A stretch of 64,000 nt of DNA. Origin: Calditrichia bacterium (GTDB lineage: Bacteria; Calditrichota; Calditrichia; JAJRVZ01). Where the stretch lies: positions 224,001 through 288,000 of the forward strand of contig CAWCNS010000009.1 of assembly GCA_963796965.1 (NCBI GenBank). The letters run 5' to 3'. The position numbers and the translations under genes are program-made. The notes beneath the pieces were generated by a model that did no database searches, was not told where the DNA came from, and saw only the letters and a list, made by a program, of their open reading frames with translations. Below are positions 32,771-43,518 of the stretch, piece after piece; position 1 is the stretch's first letter; every line of letters begins with the position of its first letter.

Positions 32771-35159
32771 TTACTCCCACAACACGGCAGGATGTGGCTG
32801 GCCGTCTTCTGTTACAAGGCGCATGGAAAAGTTGAAGGCATGCGGTTTATTGAGGATCTTGACCAGAATAGGGTTTTCGCCCTCATGCAGCCGCAGATTC
32901 AGACGAGGTTTGAAGTTATGCATAGCGGCACCACCTGCGAAAACCAGCTTATCATTGACCCACAAAATAAGATCATCATCACATCTGAACTCCATATAAA
33001 CTTTCGAATCGTAGCGCATATTTATTTTTGTATAGGCATAGGCTATGGTGTACTCCGTATCCTCCGGGCGGAAAAACTCCCGCAGGTCCAGAACACCATA
33101 GGCACTTTCAGATTCATGATACCGCCACTTGCCCTCACCGCCTCTTACCGTATAGGTGGCCTTGAGATCAACCCCATCTTCCGGTGGGAAATGCGTGGCC
33201 ATCGCATCGCCGCCGGGATTCGTCCATAGCCCGAGCAGATGCCAGTCATTCCAATACCCCAGCGCCTGTGCCACTTCGCGTTTCTTTCCCTGGTCGAGTT
33301 TTTGCAGGAGATTAACACGGCGCTCTGCCGAGGGAATCGCCTGCTGCCAGATCTGGTCGTAGGCTGGAAGACGACTGAGTTCGTGCCTCGAAAAGAGATG
33401 CATATAGTAGAGGCCAATCATCTTGCTTAGTTCCGGATCGGCAGCGATTTCATCTAAAACGGATATTAAGGCTTTCAGGTGTTCGATTACCTTCTCCATC
33501 CGGCCGGCAATCCGTGCCTGTTTTTCCAATGCCTGCTGCTCGCTGATACGCAGGCCATAGCGGGTACGGCGGAGACGTTCCGTAATCGCTTCTGCCTCAT
33601 GGACCGGTAATCCGGCCTTTCTGATTCGATCATCGGCATTATCCAGCAAGGCAGCGGCACGTGAAAGGAAATCCGGTGTCATGGAAAGCAAAAAGGCCTG
33701 TTCAAAATCCAGCGCGGCCTCTTTTGGCACGTCTGCCATCACATCTTCAAACATTTGACCATAGGCGGATATATCGGACGCAGCGGGACCAAACATGTTT
33801 TCATAATATTCCGCAATAATAGCATCCACATCCGTAGTGAGATCCCAGGCTAACTTAGGTGGAATATATAGATTCAATCCCTGGGTCCACCATTGCGGAT
33901 GTGCCTCTGCATAGACTCCGATGCCGCCGTGGCGATGCAGCCAGGGAAAATCGCGTCGGATCCTGTGAACCATACCCATGGGCCCGCCCAAAGACCAGTG
34001 GCCGTAATAATCATACATCATCAGATTCTGACTAATCTCCTGCCAACCCAGAACATTTTCAGCAAATGGGCGGTTGCGCTCACAATCTGGATCATCAATC
34101 GCATGATGCATGCAATAATCCCAGGGGGTATGCACTAATACCGGCAGCAATAGTGGGTGTGGCTTTACAACCCGGGGCGGTTTGGTGTACGTCAGGTAGG
34201 CATAAAAAGCAAGACGTTTTTGGGGATGGGTTTTAACCACTTCTTCTGCTACCTGGTTAAAAAAATAGACAAGCCGGTCGGCGAGGGCACCGCCGGTGAC
34301 AAAGGGATCCACACCCAGTTCCGCATCCAATGCCAGGCAGTTTTCGCAGCGGCAGAATCCCCTGTGATCGTTCGGACTGAGCGAGAAACTCTGCATGTGC
34401 GGATTTTCATCAAAATAACGGCGCGCGCTGGCCACCGTCATCTCCAGCACCTGGGGATGGGTGGTACAGAATTGACGCGTGCTCCGCCCGTTTCCCAGAA
34501 GAGCGAACCACTGCGGATGCGCTTTAATCGAATCCGCTGGGATGATCTTAAACCAGTTGTGGCTGTGGAAATGCTGGGGAGAACCTTCCACACCGTTACG
34601 GCGCATCCACAACCCCGATGCTTCTTCGTCGGGATGCCGGCCAAAACCGGCAATGCTCTCAAAATCCGGGCTGTCCTGCATTTGAAGGTCAGCGATTGTT
34701 ATGGTCGCGCGCTGCGGGATGTATTCCCCCAACGCATCGGGCGTATACCAGCGGCAGCCGAGTTCCTGCTCTAGGAAAGCGTATACGCCGTTGATTATTC
34801 CCTGTGCCGATCCACCGGAGAAATACAGAACACTATCCTCACGCCATACATGGTAAGCTGAACGGCGGAAGCGACCGGTCCTGTTCCTGTACGGCGAGTA
34901 CAAGCTGCGGACTACCATTGGATTTCGACACAACAGGCAGCTGCGCTCCTGATATTCGGGCAATGATATTGGATAGGTCATGACCTGTATTCAGGACATT
35001 CTGCCCGGCATCATCCGGCACCAGGATGACAGCCTGGGGCTGACCCTGTTCTACAAGCGACAAAGGTTTAAACTGCTCCTGCGATCCACATACAACTAAA
35101 TGCAGACAAACCAGCGCAATGCCACTTTGTTTTATAAGCAAATTCATTTTCTTTATCAT
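32771..35159 (-). CDS. DUF4838-domain secreted glycan-active protein; one frameshift near 34865
   Basis: NGVYAFLEQELGCRWY, HPQWFAL, QFCTTHPQV, SLSPND, FYAY; N-terminus from ATG 35159 with GAGGAG RBS. Confidence 0.8.
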
Positions 35160-35242
35160 GTGCTCCTCTCGTTTTTGATAATAGTAACGGCTTTTCAACT
35201 CAAGGCTACCTACTTTCAAATGAAGTAGTCGCAATTTACAAA

Positions 35243-35293
35243 AGTGTAAACTATGTCCCCGAACACCTGTAACCCATCTCTCCGGTCTATACA
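35243..35293 (+). mobile_element. IS481-family-like right end (no transposase left)
   Basis: Two 23-bp-spaced repeats TGTAAACTATGTCCCCG and TGTAACCCATCTCTCCG, ending …TATACA. Confidence 0.6.
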
Positions 35294-35545
35294 CTAAAAG
35301 GAGAGGGGAGATGTGAGGCATCGTGCAGCTAGGTTTGTATTCACACTCTTAGGCCGATTCACCTGTTGGTGGACATGTTTTGCCTTACCTCAATCTACTT
35401 CCCCTCGCCTTTCAGGAGAGGGGATTGAGGGGTGAGGTCTTTAAATCAAGTCCCAACGTTGGGAAATTAAAAGCATCGATTGTTATTTTTAAACCGGACA
35501 CCAATGACTAATACGATTTAATAATTCTATTTTAGTCTGACAAAA

Positions 35546-37087
35546 CTAAACATCTTCCTCAATCACATTAAAGCCGATAAAAGTGGCAAAATCCTTTAAT
35601 CTCTCCCTGTAATCGCCAAAAGTAGCCGTTCTATGCACACCATAGACATCAGGATATATATGGTTCAATAGTTTTTTTGCATCAACTGATGCGACAATTT
35701 TTGTCCGTCACATCATCTCCCAGAGATGATTTTTATACAGGGATTCCTTGTTATAGATGGGTGTGGTCTTCCCTACATGGAATAGTATTTCCTTTTTTAT
35801 AACATCCAACTGCCAGATGGTGACCGGTTCGTCTGGTGGATATAAGATCCAGGAAGCGGCACTGACCCCCGGTTTACTGCGCGCCCGGACCTGTCGCTCC
35901 CGGTGGTCGGTTAAAATATAGGGGACGGTTTTATCTCCACCCCAGGGGTTCCAGGGTCCTTCACAATGCTGCACAATGGAGGTATTATTGTAAGTATCGA
36001 CACTATAATCCCCTAACATGCTGGGAACACCCAATGAATATTGCAATACCATTTCCGATAGGAGGATATTGAGATGTGATTGACATTTGGCAACAATCCC
36101 ATCCTTTTGAAACTCGGAAGTGGCCAGAGCAGGCGTTATATAATCTTCCGGTGTGGGATTTTCCCTTAACGACCTGATATGAAAGGCTGAGGCGTTTGCA
36201 TGATATTTCTGCATCAGATATTCCAATGCCAGATAGACTTTGGCCGATTTTACGACCTCCGATTTCGTGGTGTTGATCATCTTTTCTGCATTATTAATCC
36301 ACCTATCTGCTATCTCATTTGCCTGTTCACTTTCATTATACCACAATTCCTTTACTTTAGTATCCTTATAGACCTCATCACTGTCAATTTTTATCACCTT
36401 TACCCCAAAGGTACTCATAATTGTGCCCAGGATCAGTTCATTATAGGCCTGCGGAGATTGCTTTAAGGCATCACCATAGGTGACGTTGACAAAAGGATTA
36501 TCGGTCACGGTCAGAATGGTTGATTCTCTTAACCTTTTAAGCGCCTGGATCAATTTTATTTTTTCAACTAAATCCGTATACATACGATTTATGTTGTCAG
36601 AGGAAGTACTGAATTTCCATGGATCTAAAAAGGCCGGTATCACTTTATTATCTCCGTAAATTTTTACCGGGTTGTTCATAAAATCATTGATAATACAAAT
36701 ATTGATCGTTGGTAAACCACTTTTCAATATGTTATTATCTCTCGGCCAGCCATAGACAATAACCCCATCATAGCCTAACCGTTTCAAATCATCTATTTCA
36801 ATTAGGATATTCTTCAGCTTAGCGGATTTTGATGTATCGCGTACAACAAATTCCACCCCCGGACAGTCTTTTTTTAACTGGCCGATAAGATCTTCGTTTG
36901 ACATTGGTCGTAAATCCGTATCGTCGGTGGAAGGGGCTGTTCTAAAAAAGATCGTGTATAATTTTGCTTTTCCGGTCGTCTGTGTACCGCTGCCTGGATT
37001 GGCATATAAGGGCATGAATCCGACCATATTCGCGGCCAGAGCACCTGCTCCAACCTTAATAAAATTCCGACGCGTAAGTGCTGACAT
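35546..37087 (-). CDS. Tat-exported L-fucose/arabinose-isomerase-like protein, 513 aa if TGA 35708-35710 is read as selenocysteine
   Basis: TRRNFIK signal; AKCQSHLN, QHCEGP, YILTDH motifs; the frame continues WEMM-TGA-RTKIVASVDAKKLL…VHRTATFGDYRERLKDFATFIGFNVIEEDV to TAG at 35546. Confidence 0.8.
35679..35707 (-). promoter_or_regulatory. Candidate bacterial SECIS hairpin
   Basis: GCAUC-AGUU-GAUGC stem-loop starts 16 nt after the UGA; loop G lies 22 nt downstream and is followed by U. Confidence 0.55.
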
Positions 37088-37099
37088 TATACCCCTCCT

Positions 37100-38233
37100 C
37101 TAATCGTTTGTTGTCTGCTCTTCAGGTCTGACAAAGAATACATACTCGTTTGTATCGGCGCCTTCGTACACGATGCTGTATAGCACCATTAACTCGTTTG
37201 GCATGGAACTGTCATACTTATGGATAATGCAGTTGTGACTGTATCCGTCAGGGCCACGCTCATTGCCACTTATTATGATTCCCTTGTTCCAGTGTTCGCC
37301 ATCTTTGGACTGGTAAAGAACAAACCGATGGGCACCGGCCCCTCTCTGTCCGGATCGTCCATGGAGATAGTATTGCCCATTGAGAAAGGCAAGTTCCGGA
37401 TCGCGGATTTTCTTATCCACTGCCACCGCTTTCTGCTTACCCCAGGTCTTGCCGTTATCCGCGCTAATACAGTAATAGAAATGAGCCTCGTCCTTCTCCG
37501 TATAGGCACCGGCCAAAAGACGGCCGTCCGCCATAATGCACATCGCCCCATACCACTTGTCGTTATCCAGGCTCAAGGTGCTTCTCTTCTTCCAGCTCTG
37601 CCCGTCATCTGTGCTCACATATAGAACGTGGGGACCATCATCGCTGTCAAACAACACGTAGTTGACGTCGCCGGAAACGGCCCCCGCACAGGGATAACCC
37701 GTAAACCCGTCTTCCAGGGGTTCGCATTTAGTCCACGTCGAACCGTGGTCGAAACTTCTAGTAAGGCACGTCTTACTTCTCTTCTCATCCTTGAAATGGT
37801 TTACAAACAATACGACCGTCCCTCTACTGGTCACGATCCCTTCCTCAACCCACGCCGGTTCTTCCGTGCTTTGCTGGTAGGCGTCATAGGAGTACGACAG
37901 TTTATTGTACTTATCCCACGTCTTACCACCGTCTTTGCTCAGGGCATACTCGCTCCATCCGTCGATATTATGATCGCTGGTGTTTGCGTAGAACGCCGCG
38001 ATATCTCCATTGGCATACTCGAGACAGACGGGACCACCATGGGAGCATCTTCCGGGATGGTCATGCTGCATATCGGCGATGATCGTGCCGAATACACTAT
38101 CGCCCGGTTGGGTTAAGGGGTTGTTGTCATGGATCACAATACCGTCAATCCTTAAATCGTCCTCCGTACACCACATCCCGATCACAGGGATCAGAAAGCA
38201 CATCATTATCGCACCTACCCTAAGTCGTTTCAT
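37100..38233 (-). CDS. BNR/Asp-box sialidase-like beta-propeller protein
   Basis: SKDGGKTW, SFDHGSTW, STDDGQSW, SADNGKTW and SKDGEHW Asp boxes; signal peptide. Confidence 0.85.
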   Translation of the reverse strand: MKRLRVGAIMMCFLIPVIGMWCTEDDLRIDGIVIHDNNPLTQPGDSVFGTIIADMQHDHPGRCSHGGPVCLEYANGDIAAFYANTSDHNIDGWSEYALSKDGGKTWDKYNKLSYSYDAYQQSTEEPAWVEEGIVTSRGTVVLFVNHFKDEKRSKTCLTRSFDHGSTWTKCEPLEDGFTGYPCAGAVSGDVNYVLFDSDDGPHVLYVSTDDGQSWKKRSTLSLDNDKWYGAMCIMADGRLLAGAYTEKDEAHFYYCISADNGKTWGKQKAVAVDKKIRDPELAFLNGQYYLHGRSGQRGAGAHRFVLYQSKDGEHWNKGIIISGNERGPDGYSHNCIIHKYDSSMPNELMVLYSIVYEGADTNEYVFFVRPEEQTTND

Positions 38234-38333
38234 AATACCTGTCTCCTAACTTCGTCTATGAATCGGTTTACTTTCTTCTTCACCAGAAAAGACCCGCTGC
38301 TTTCAAATAACCAAAGATGTAGATACGGGTTGA

Positions 38334-38942
38334 CTATTCTCTTAATTTTGATGCGTTTGTATCATAGGTATAGGCCCGCAGACCATCGGAACCATTGGCC
38401 AAAAAAACCGTCCCATCTATTCCAACAGCGACATCATTGGCAATTCCACCACTATCCATATGTGCGGTATTAGTGAAGGTGGCGCCGTCATAGGTATAAG
38501 CCCGTAAACCGTCAGAAAAATTGGCGGCAAAAATCGTACCCTGAGAATTGACTGCCACACCCACAGCAATTCCACCATCACTTATTTGACCGGCATTTGT
38601 GAGAGAGGCACCATCATACGTGTATGCACGTAATCCATTATAATTATTGGCCAGAAAAACCGTGTTATCGGGGCCAACGGCTACATCCCAGGCTACATAG
38701 GCGGATGAACCATCATCGATATGAGCCGTATTCACAAATGTGTTTCCGTCATACGTATAGGCACGTAAACCACCATGGTAATTGGCTAAAAAGATTGTCC
38801 CATCGTCCCCTACAGTAACATTCATGGCCCGTCCATGATGGGTGTTTCGTGCTGTATTGGTAAATTGATGGGTGTTCTGGGCATGCACTATCGCTCCTAG
38901 TGAAAAAAAACTCAATATAAGTATCGATTTGAATATTAACAT
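38334..38942 (-). CDS. LVIVD-like repeat secreted protein, probably C-terminally truncated
   Basis: Four repeats of about 42 aa (VAVGxDxTVFLANxxxGLRAYTYDG); ends abruptly after the fourth. Confidence 0.65.
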   Translation of the reverse strand: MLIFKSILILSFFSLGAIVHAQNTHQFTNTARNTHHGRAMNVTVGDDGTIFLANYHGGLRAYTYDGNTFVNTAHIDDGSSAYVAWDVAVGPDNTVFLANNYNGLRAYTYDGASLTNAGQISDGGIAVGVAVNSQGTIFAANFSDGLRAYTYDGATFTNTAHMDSGGIANDVAVGIDGTVFLANGSDGLRAYTYDTNASKLRE

Positions 38943-38997
38943 GGCTGTCTCCTCTAGGTTAATCAATATCTAAAATTTATCCACATAAAGGTCAGCA

Positions 38998-41040
38998 TTA
39001 ATTGATTTTTTCAAATTTGACAGCGTCCGCGATGATCAGGCCTTTAGAACCATCGGAAATAATTTCCACATAACCTTGTTTACCCTTTGAAAAATTGAAT
39101 ACGCCAATCTGAAGCGATTTAGCCGGTTCAATCCAAACTTTTTCGACTGAACCGTTATGCCTTACGTTGACATAAAACCCTTTGGTTTTGGACAACAGCA
39201 TTTCATTTTCAAAAGCTTCTCCAAACAGCTTAACGCTGTAGGTTCCCCCTATCAAGTTAGGTATATAACGCACATATTCACCATTTTGATTGTCTTTGTT
39301 GAGCATGTAGGTGCCATTGTACCCTTTAGACCAATCATATGGATATTCTGGTGCCAACCAGAAATAATCAGAATAGATGCAATTCATATCTTGATCGTCC
39401 ACGATCGCTGTCGAGTCTGGCGAGGAGGCATCAAATTGCACAAGAACTCTCGTTAACTGCGGAGAATTAAGGGCCTGGTTATGATTTACGAGCACAAATG
39501 CTTCATAAAACCCATGTTGAATAACCATATTTTCCAACCTGGGTTGTACAATTATTTTCAGGCTGTCCTTAAAATGTTCTACCTTTAAATTAAGCCAGTC
39601 CTGTCCATGCTTGTAAACAGGTTCGATGCGATAGTTTCGGTCATCTTTTATCTTCCATTTAAGATCGTTAAAAGTTATGAGTAACTCTTTTGCTTCGAGT
39701 GCCTCTTTCTGCCTGAAATAGGCATTAAAAACAAGCGTATTTGTTATAGCCCCGGTGGAGCCATATTGCCTGGTTTTCCAGTTCTTTTTATTGAAAAAAG
39801 AAGGATCATCCCAGGCGCTGATTTTGAATTTTTTTGCAGATAAAACGGGTCCGTTTAGGGTGATATGCTGGGTATAAACATCTTGATCGGTTCCATCCCT
39901 AATCAGAAGAGTAACCGGGTAGATGCCGGGTTTTATGAATGTGTGAACAGGATTTTTGCTGAATGAAGTATATCCATCGCCAAAATCCCAAAAGTATTCC
40001 AATTCATTGCCCCAGGTGCCTGGGCGTGAATCTGTACTTTTGAAATGAACTTGTTGGCCCGTTTTAGCCGGTTTGAGCGGTGCAATGTTTGCGTAAATAG
40101 AATTTTCTTTATGTTTGTTGTTTTCAAAAATTTGGTAAAAAAGAATCCACGGATCGATGTAGAGCCAGTCGGAGTCAGGTTGTTTTACTCGAAAAACAAA
40201 ATGGGTGTGAGCGCTATAACCAGAAAGAACACCGGCGGTATACGCATACGGTTGACCCCGGTGTACGGGCTGGTGTTCGGGAATAAGCAATTGAACCAGG
40301 TGATGCGTTTGCAAATGCCAAATATCACCATTGTCCCAGTTTCTGACGCCCCGCCAGCGATTGTTGTTATGCCCGGCAATGAGCGAGTTGAAATAATAGT
40401 GTTCGTCAAAATCGATTGGGGCGTACAACGTTGTGTTTGAAGGCATATTGATATCAAGTCCGCCATGCAAATCAGCACCATGATATGTTCCCAGCCAGGT
40501 ATCGTTGCCGCGGTAGGCGTTTTTTACGAGTAATTTTTTATCAGGAACAGAAACCCAATTGCCAATTTGTTGCGGGCAAATAGAGAGGCCGGCATCCTGA
40601 AAAGCAAAACTTGCTTCTTTTTGGGGGAGGCAGGCGCCGTGATTTTCATTGAACAGGGACGATAATGACTTTACTGCATCGAACCATATTTTCAATCCAT
40701 TTACCACATAAGGTTCATAAAAAGTTTGTTGCGTGGGAACATATCGAACCATTGACATTTCCTGGCCATCAATCCTCAATAGGCAGGACATGGCATAAAT
40801 GGAGCCGTGTCCTGTGCCTCCCTTTTTTAAAGAATCTAATGTGGTAAATACCATCTTAGCTTCGGATTGCAGCAACTCAATGCTCACCGTTCTGCCGCTG
40901 TTTAAAACATAGTTTACAACATCTCCAGAATTCATTTCCATTACCGTCAGAGTACTTTTTGAGTGAACTGTTATTTCTTCTCCAAAAACGAGGCTAACGG
41001 GTATGAAAAGCATTAATAATAAGAATGAATATTTTTTCAT
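38998..41040 (-). CDS. Secreted protein with M23-like metallopeptidase motifs, a PKD domain and a C-terminal beta-sandwich (golvesin-like)
   Basis: Signal peptide from ATG 41040; HGGLD and AHTHF; YFWDFGDG…HTFIKPGIYPVTL; IIADAVKFE. Confidence 0.75.
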   Translation of the reverse strand: MKKYSFLLLMLFIPVSLVFGEEITVHSKSTLTVMEMNSGDVVNYVLNSGRTVSIELLQSEAKMVFTTLDSLKKGGTGHGSIYAMSCLLRIDGQEMSMVRYVPTQQTFYEPYVVNGLKIWFDAVKSLSSLFNENHGACLPQKEASFAFQDAGLSICPQQIGNWVSVPDKKLLVKNAYRGNDTWLGTYHGADLHGGLDINMPSNTTLYAPIDFDEHYYFNSLIAGHNNNRWRGVRNWDNGDIWHLQTHHLVQLLIPEHQPVHRGQPYAYTAGVLSGYSAHTHFVFRVKQPDSDWLYIDPWILFYQIFENNKHKENSIYANIAPLKPAKTGQQVHFKSTDSRPGTWGNELEYFWDFGDGYTSFSKNPVHTFIKPGIYPVTLLIRDGTDQDVYTQHITLNGPVLSAKKFKISAWDDPSFFNKKNWKTRQYGSTGAITNTLVFNAYFRQKEALEAKELLITFNDLKWKIKDDRNYRIEPVYKHGQDWLNLKVEHFKDSLKIIVQPRLENMVIQHGFYEAFVLVNHNQALNSPQLTRVLVQFDASSPDSTAIVDDQDMNCIYSDYFWLAPEYPYDWSKGYNGTYMLNKDNQNGEYVRYIPNLIGGTYSVKLFGEAFENEMLLSKTKGFYVNVRHNGSVEKVWIEPAKSLQIGVFNFSKGKQGYVEIISDGSKGLIIADAVKFEKIN

Positions 41041-41079
41041 CTGGGTTGTCCTTAAGGTTCTGCGCCGAAGGTTTGAACC

Positions 41080-41178
41080 GGTATATAAGAGCATAAAATC
41101 CATCATATTTTCGGCCAAAGAACCGGCCCCAACTTTGATAAAGTCCCAACGTGTTAATGCTGATATGCCAGGCCTCCT
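41080..41178 (-). pseudogene. Degenerate copy of the RBS and Tat signal of the isomerase-like gene
   Basis: ISALTRWDFIKVGAGSLAENMMDFMLLY vs MSALTRRNFIKVGAGALAANMVGFMPLY (20/28); AGGAGG at the same spacing; ATG changed to ATA. Confidence 0.85.
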
Positions 41179-41297
41179 TTTCATTGGTACTATTTGATAG
41201 ACTTTGTAATCAGAATAAAGGCGTGATAACATTCTACAATGACAGAGGAGAACACAATTAATATAAATAATCTAATAAGAAGGCAAAAGATATTTGT

Positions 41298-41390
41298 AAA
41301 AAAAACCAGTCCAACCATCAGACTGGTTTTTTAATTTCCAACATTTGATTTTAGGACTTATTTAGAGATTAGGATTTAGGGCTTAGAAAT
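41298..41390. terminator. Hairpin plus U-tract within a partial copy of the long element
   Basis: AAAAAACCAGTC-CAACCATCA-GACTGGTTTTTT followed by the TTTAGAGATTAGGATTTAG arm. Confidence 0.7.
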
Positions 41391-41465
41391 TCATTTGTAA
41401 ACAAACGTACAGATAAGCCTGCCACGCGGCTGAAGCAACAACACCCTGCTCCTGCTTCACCATGA

Positions 41466-42194
41466 TTATAAGGAGGTCTTGTTATAAATCAGCGGCATCT
41501 GCCCTTTCCACTGTTGCCAGGTATTATTTTCGAGGACCAGGCGCATCATAAAATTGGCCACATTGATTCGGCTGGTTTTACCGGAATCAAAAATCGGATC
41601 TCTGATTGGCGAGGGATGCAGCTCATAGTCGCTGACCGTGTCTTCATCAATCAGCCCATCGGGACGCACTGCGGTCCATTCAATTTCCTTGTCATCCTGG
41701 CCAATCTCTGTGCGTAGATAATCGGCGGCCTCTTCGTTGTCTACATGGGGCGGAAGCAGCCGGCGCAACAGCCCGACAACTACCTTCTGGCCAAATGAAA
41801 TCTTCTCATCAAGATCACGATTGCTGTTAGCGGTGGTATTCATTAGGATATATTTTACCGGTTTGGAAGGATTAGTGGATTTGATGGCCTGGCAGAGCTG
41901 GCGGGCCGCATCGGTCACCAGGCGGCGGGGCTGGCCAAAGAGCCCTTTAAAAGTCAGATTATGCCCCAGACAAGAAACAACGGCGTCGCATTCTTTGACA
42001 TGTTCAGCTAATTCCTCATCATTGAGATCCAGAAGATTCGCCTCAATCACCGACAAGTTTGGATTATCCTGTACAATTTTAGAAAAGGTATCTGCCGATC
42101 GCACAACCACCCGCACCTTTTCTCTTTTTTCCAGTAGCTGCAAAACCAGCAACCGGCCCGTCGCCCCACTGGCACCGACCACAAGGGTTGTCAT
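41466..42194 (-). CDS. NAD(P)-binding oxidoreductase (atypical SDR, flavin-reductase-like)
   Basis: VVGASGATG, DAVVSCLG, WTAVRPDGL, SRINVANFM. Confidence 0.9.
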   Translation of the reverse strand: MTTLVVGASGATGRLLVLQLLEKREKVRVVVRSADTFSKIVQDNPNLSVIEANLLDLNDEELAEHVKECDAVVSCLGHNLTFKGLFGQPRRLVTDAARQLCQAIKSTNPSKPVKYILMNTTANSNRDLDEKISFGQKVVVGLLRRLLPPHVDNEEAADYLRTEIGQDDKEIEWTAVRPDGLIDEDTVSDYELHPSPIRDPIFDSGKTSRINVANFMMRLVLENNTWQQWKGQMPLIYNKTSL

Positions 42195-42543
42195 ATCGTA
42201 TCTCCTGTTTGATTATCATCTGAGCATGAAATGATCAATGAGAGTAACAGTATAAAGGATAATAATACTAACCATTTCATAATTTCAACTATTCATCTCT
42301 TAATTGTGATTCTTTAGTCGTTAGGCATTATCGTATAACCATAAATATAAACATCTATAAATCCAAAGGAAAACGTAAAAATCGGCCATAGAGCAATTAG
42401 GTTTTTTGATTTAGGATTTGTTCAGAGATTAATATTTAAGATTCAATATATACAATTGAAGGAATATCACAGTTAACCCTCTCGTTTTAAATTAATATAA
42501 TATCTAAAAACATTAACAGAGTATATTATCCCGGGAGTATTAA

Positions 42544-42986
42544 ATGAGATCACACCATTCTCTTTTTTTGTCTTTCTTCCCTCTTCTTATATAACCGGCT
42601 TTCAAAACACCAGTTTCGCCCATGATAATCATGATAAAAAACCAGATAGCGCAGCCGGTACAATAAAGGGTCTTGAGATTGATAACCTTATGACAGAAGA
42701 ACTCGAATTAACTGAAGGAACAGAGGTGGTTGTCAGTCATCTTATTATTCCTGCAAACACAACACTGCCAAAACACTGGCATCCCGGTGAAGAATTTGTA
42801 TATATTCTCGAAGGTTCCGGTATTCTCTGGCAAAAAGGAAAACCCGACGTCGTTCTAAAAAAGGGCGATGTATACAAGGTCCCACTAAAACAGGTACATA
42901 CAGCAAAGACATTAGAAGAAAGCGCTACAATCCTAGTCTTTCGGGTTATGAAAAGGAGAAATCTTGTCAGAGTAAATGTGGAATAA
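42544..42986 (+). CDS. Cupin-domain protein; signal-peptide region frameshifted
   Basis: HWHPGEEFVYILEG…VPLKQVHTA; ATG 42544 with hydrophobic codons is out of frame with ORF 42690-42986. Confidence 0.8.
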
Positions 42987-43145
42987 ACCTTAAGAAGACG
43001 CATAAAAACTGATTTATCTAAGAACTGGTTCTATCCACATAACAAGAGTGATCATAATTAGAGTTTAGGATTTAGAAATTAGAGATTTTCTTCACCGGCC
43101 GCTCAGGAAGGAATAGACCTGCCGGCAACCATAAATTGTTCCGCC

Positions 43146-43183
43146 GTTCCTGCTTAAGGCCAGGTGACGCCTTCTCTCTTTGC
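43146..43183 (-). pseudogene. Relic of the 3' end of the SIS-domain gene (AKREGVTWP*)
   Basis: 31/38 nt identical to 47148-47185 (AKGEGVTWP* plus CAGGAAC after the stop). Confidence 0.75.
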
Positions 43184-43271
43184 ATACCCCTCACATCAAA
43201 ACTTCGTCAGGTGTGACGCTATAAATATAAACAACCTCAGACCATAAGGAAATCTCAAAATACAGAAAGTT

Positions 43272-43440
43272 GAATGTTTATAATGTTCTGGGACAAAAAG
43301 TGGCCATATTAGTATCGGAAAAACAACCACAAGGTCATTATCAGATTGAATGGGATGCCGCCTGATGTGCCACGGATTCTATTACTATGTCCTTAAGGCA
43401 GGTGATCAATTGGCGTGAGGAGGACAATGGTATTACATGA
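43272..43440 (+). pseudogene. Degenerate orphan secretion sorting domain
   Basis: LNVYNVLGQKVAILVSEKQPQGHYQIEWDAA*, then a frameshifted YYYVLKAGD. Confidence 0.75.
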
Positions 43441-43518
43441 AAACAAAATTAAATAGCCCTTTTTTTAAAAAAAAGGGGTATTCCAATTAATGATTAGATT
43501 TGTGTACTGTATAAGGGA

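Noticed and set aside
38334..38860. DNA repeats in the LVIVD-like gene as a DGR or other nucleotide-level system
   Set aside because: They are protein repeats of about 42 aa with codon-level divergence; there is no reverse transcriptase and no adenine-specific variation.
41041..41232. 64-aa N-terminal extension of the PKD protein in the ORF track
   Set aside because: It is read-through of the dead Tat-signal relic; a normal signal peptide starts at ATG 41040.
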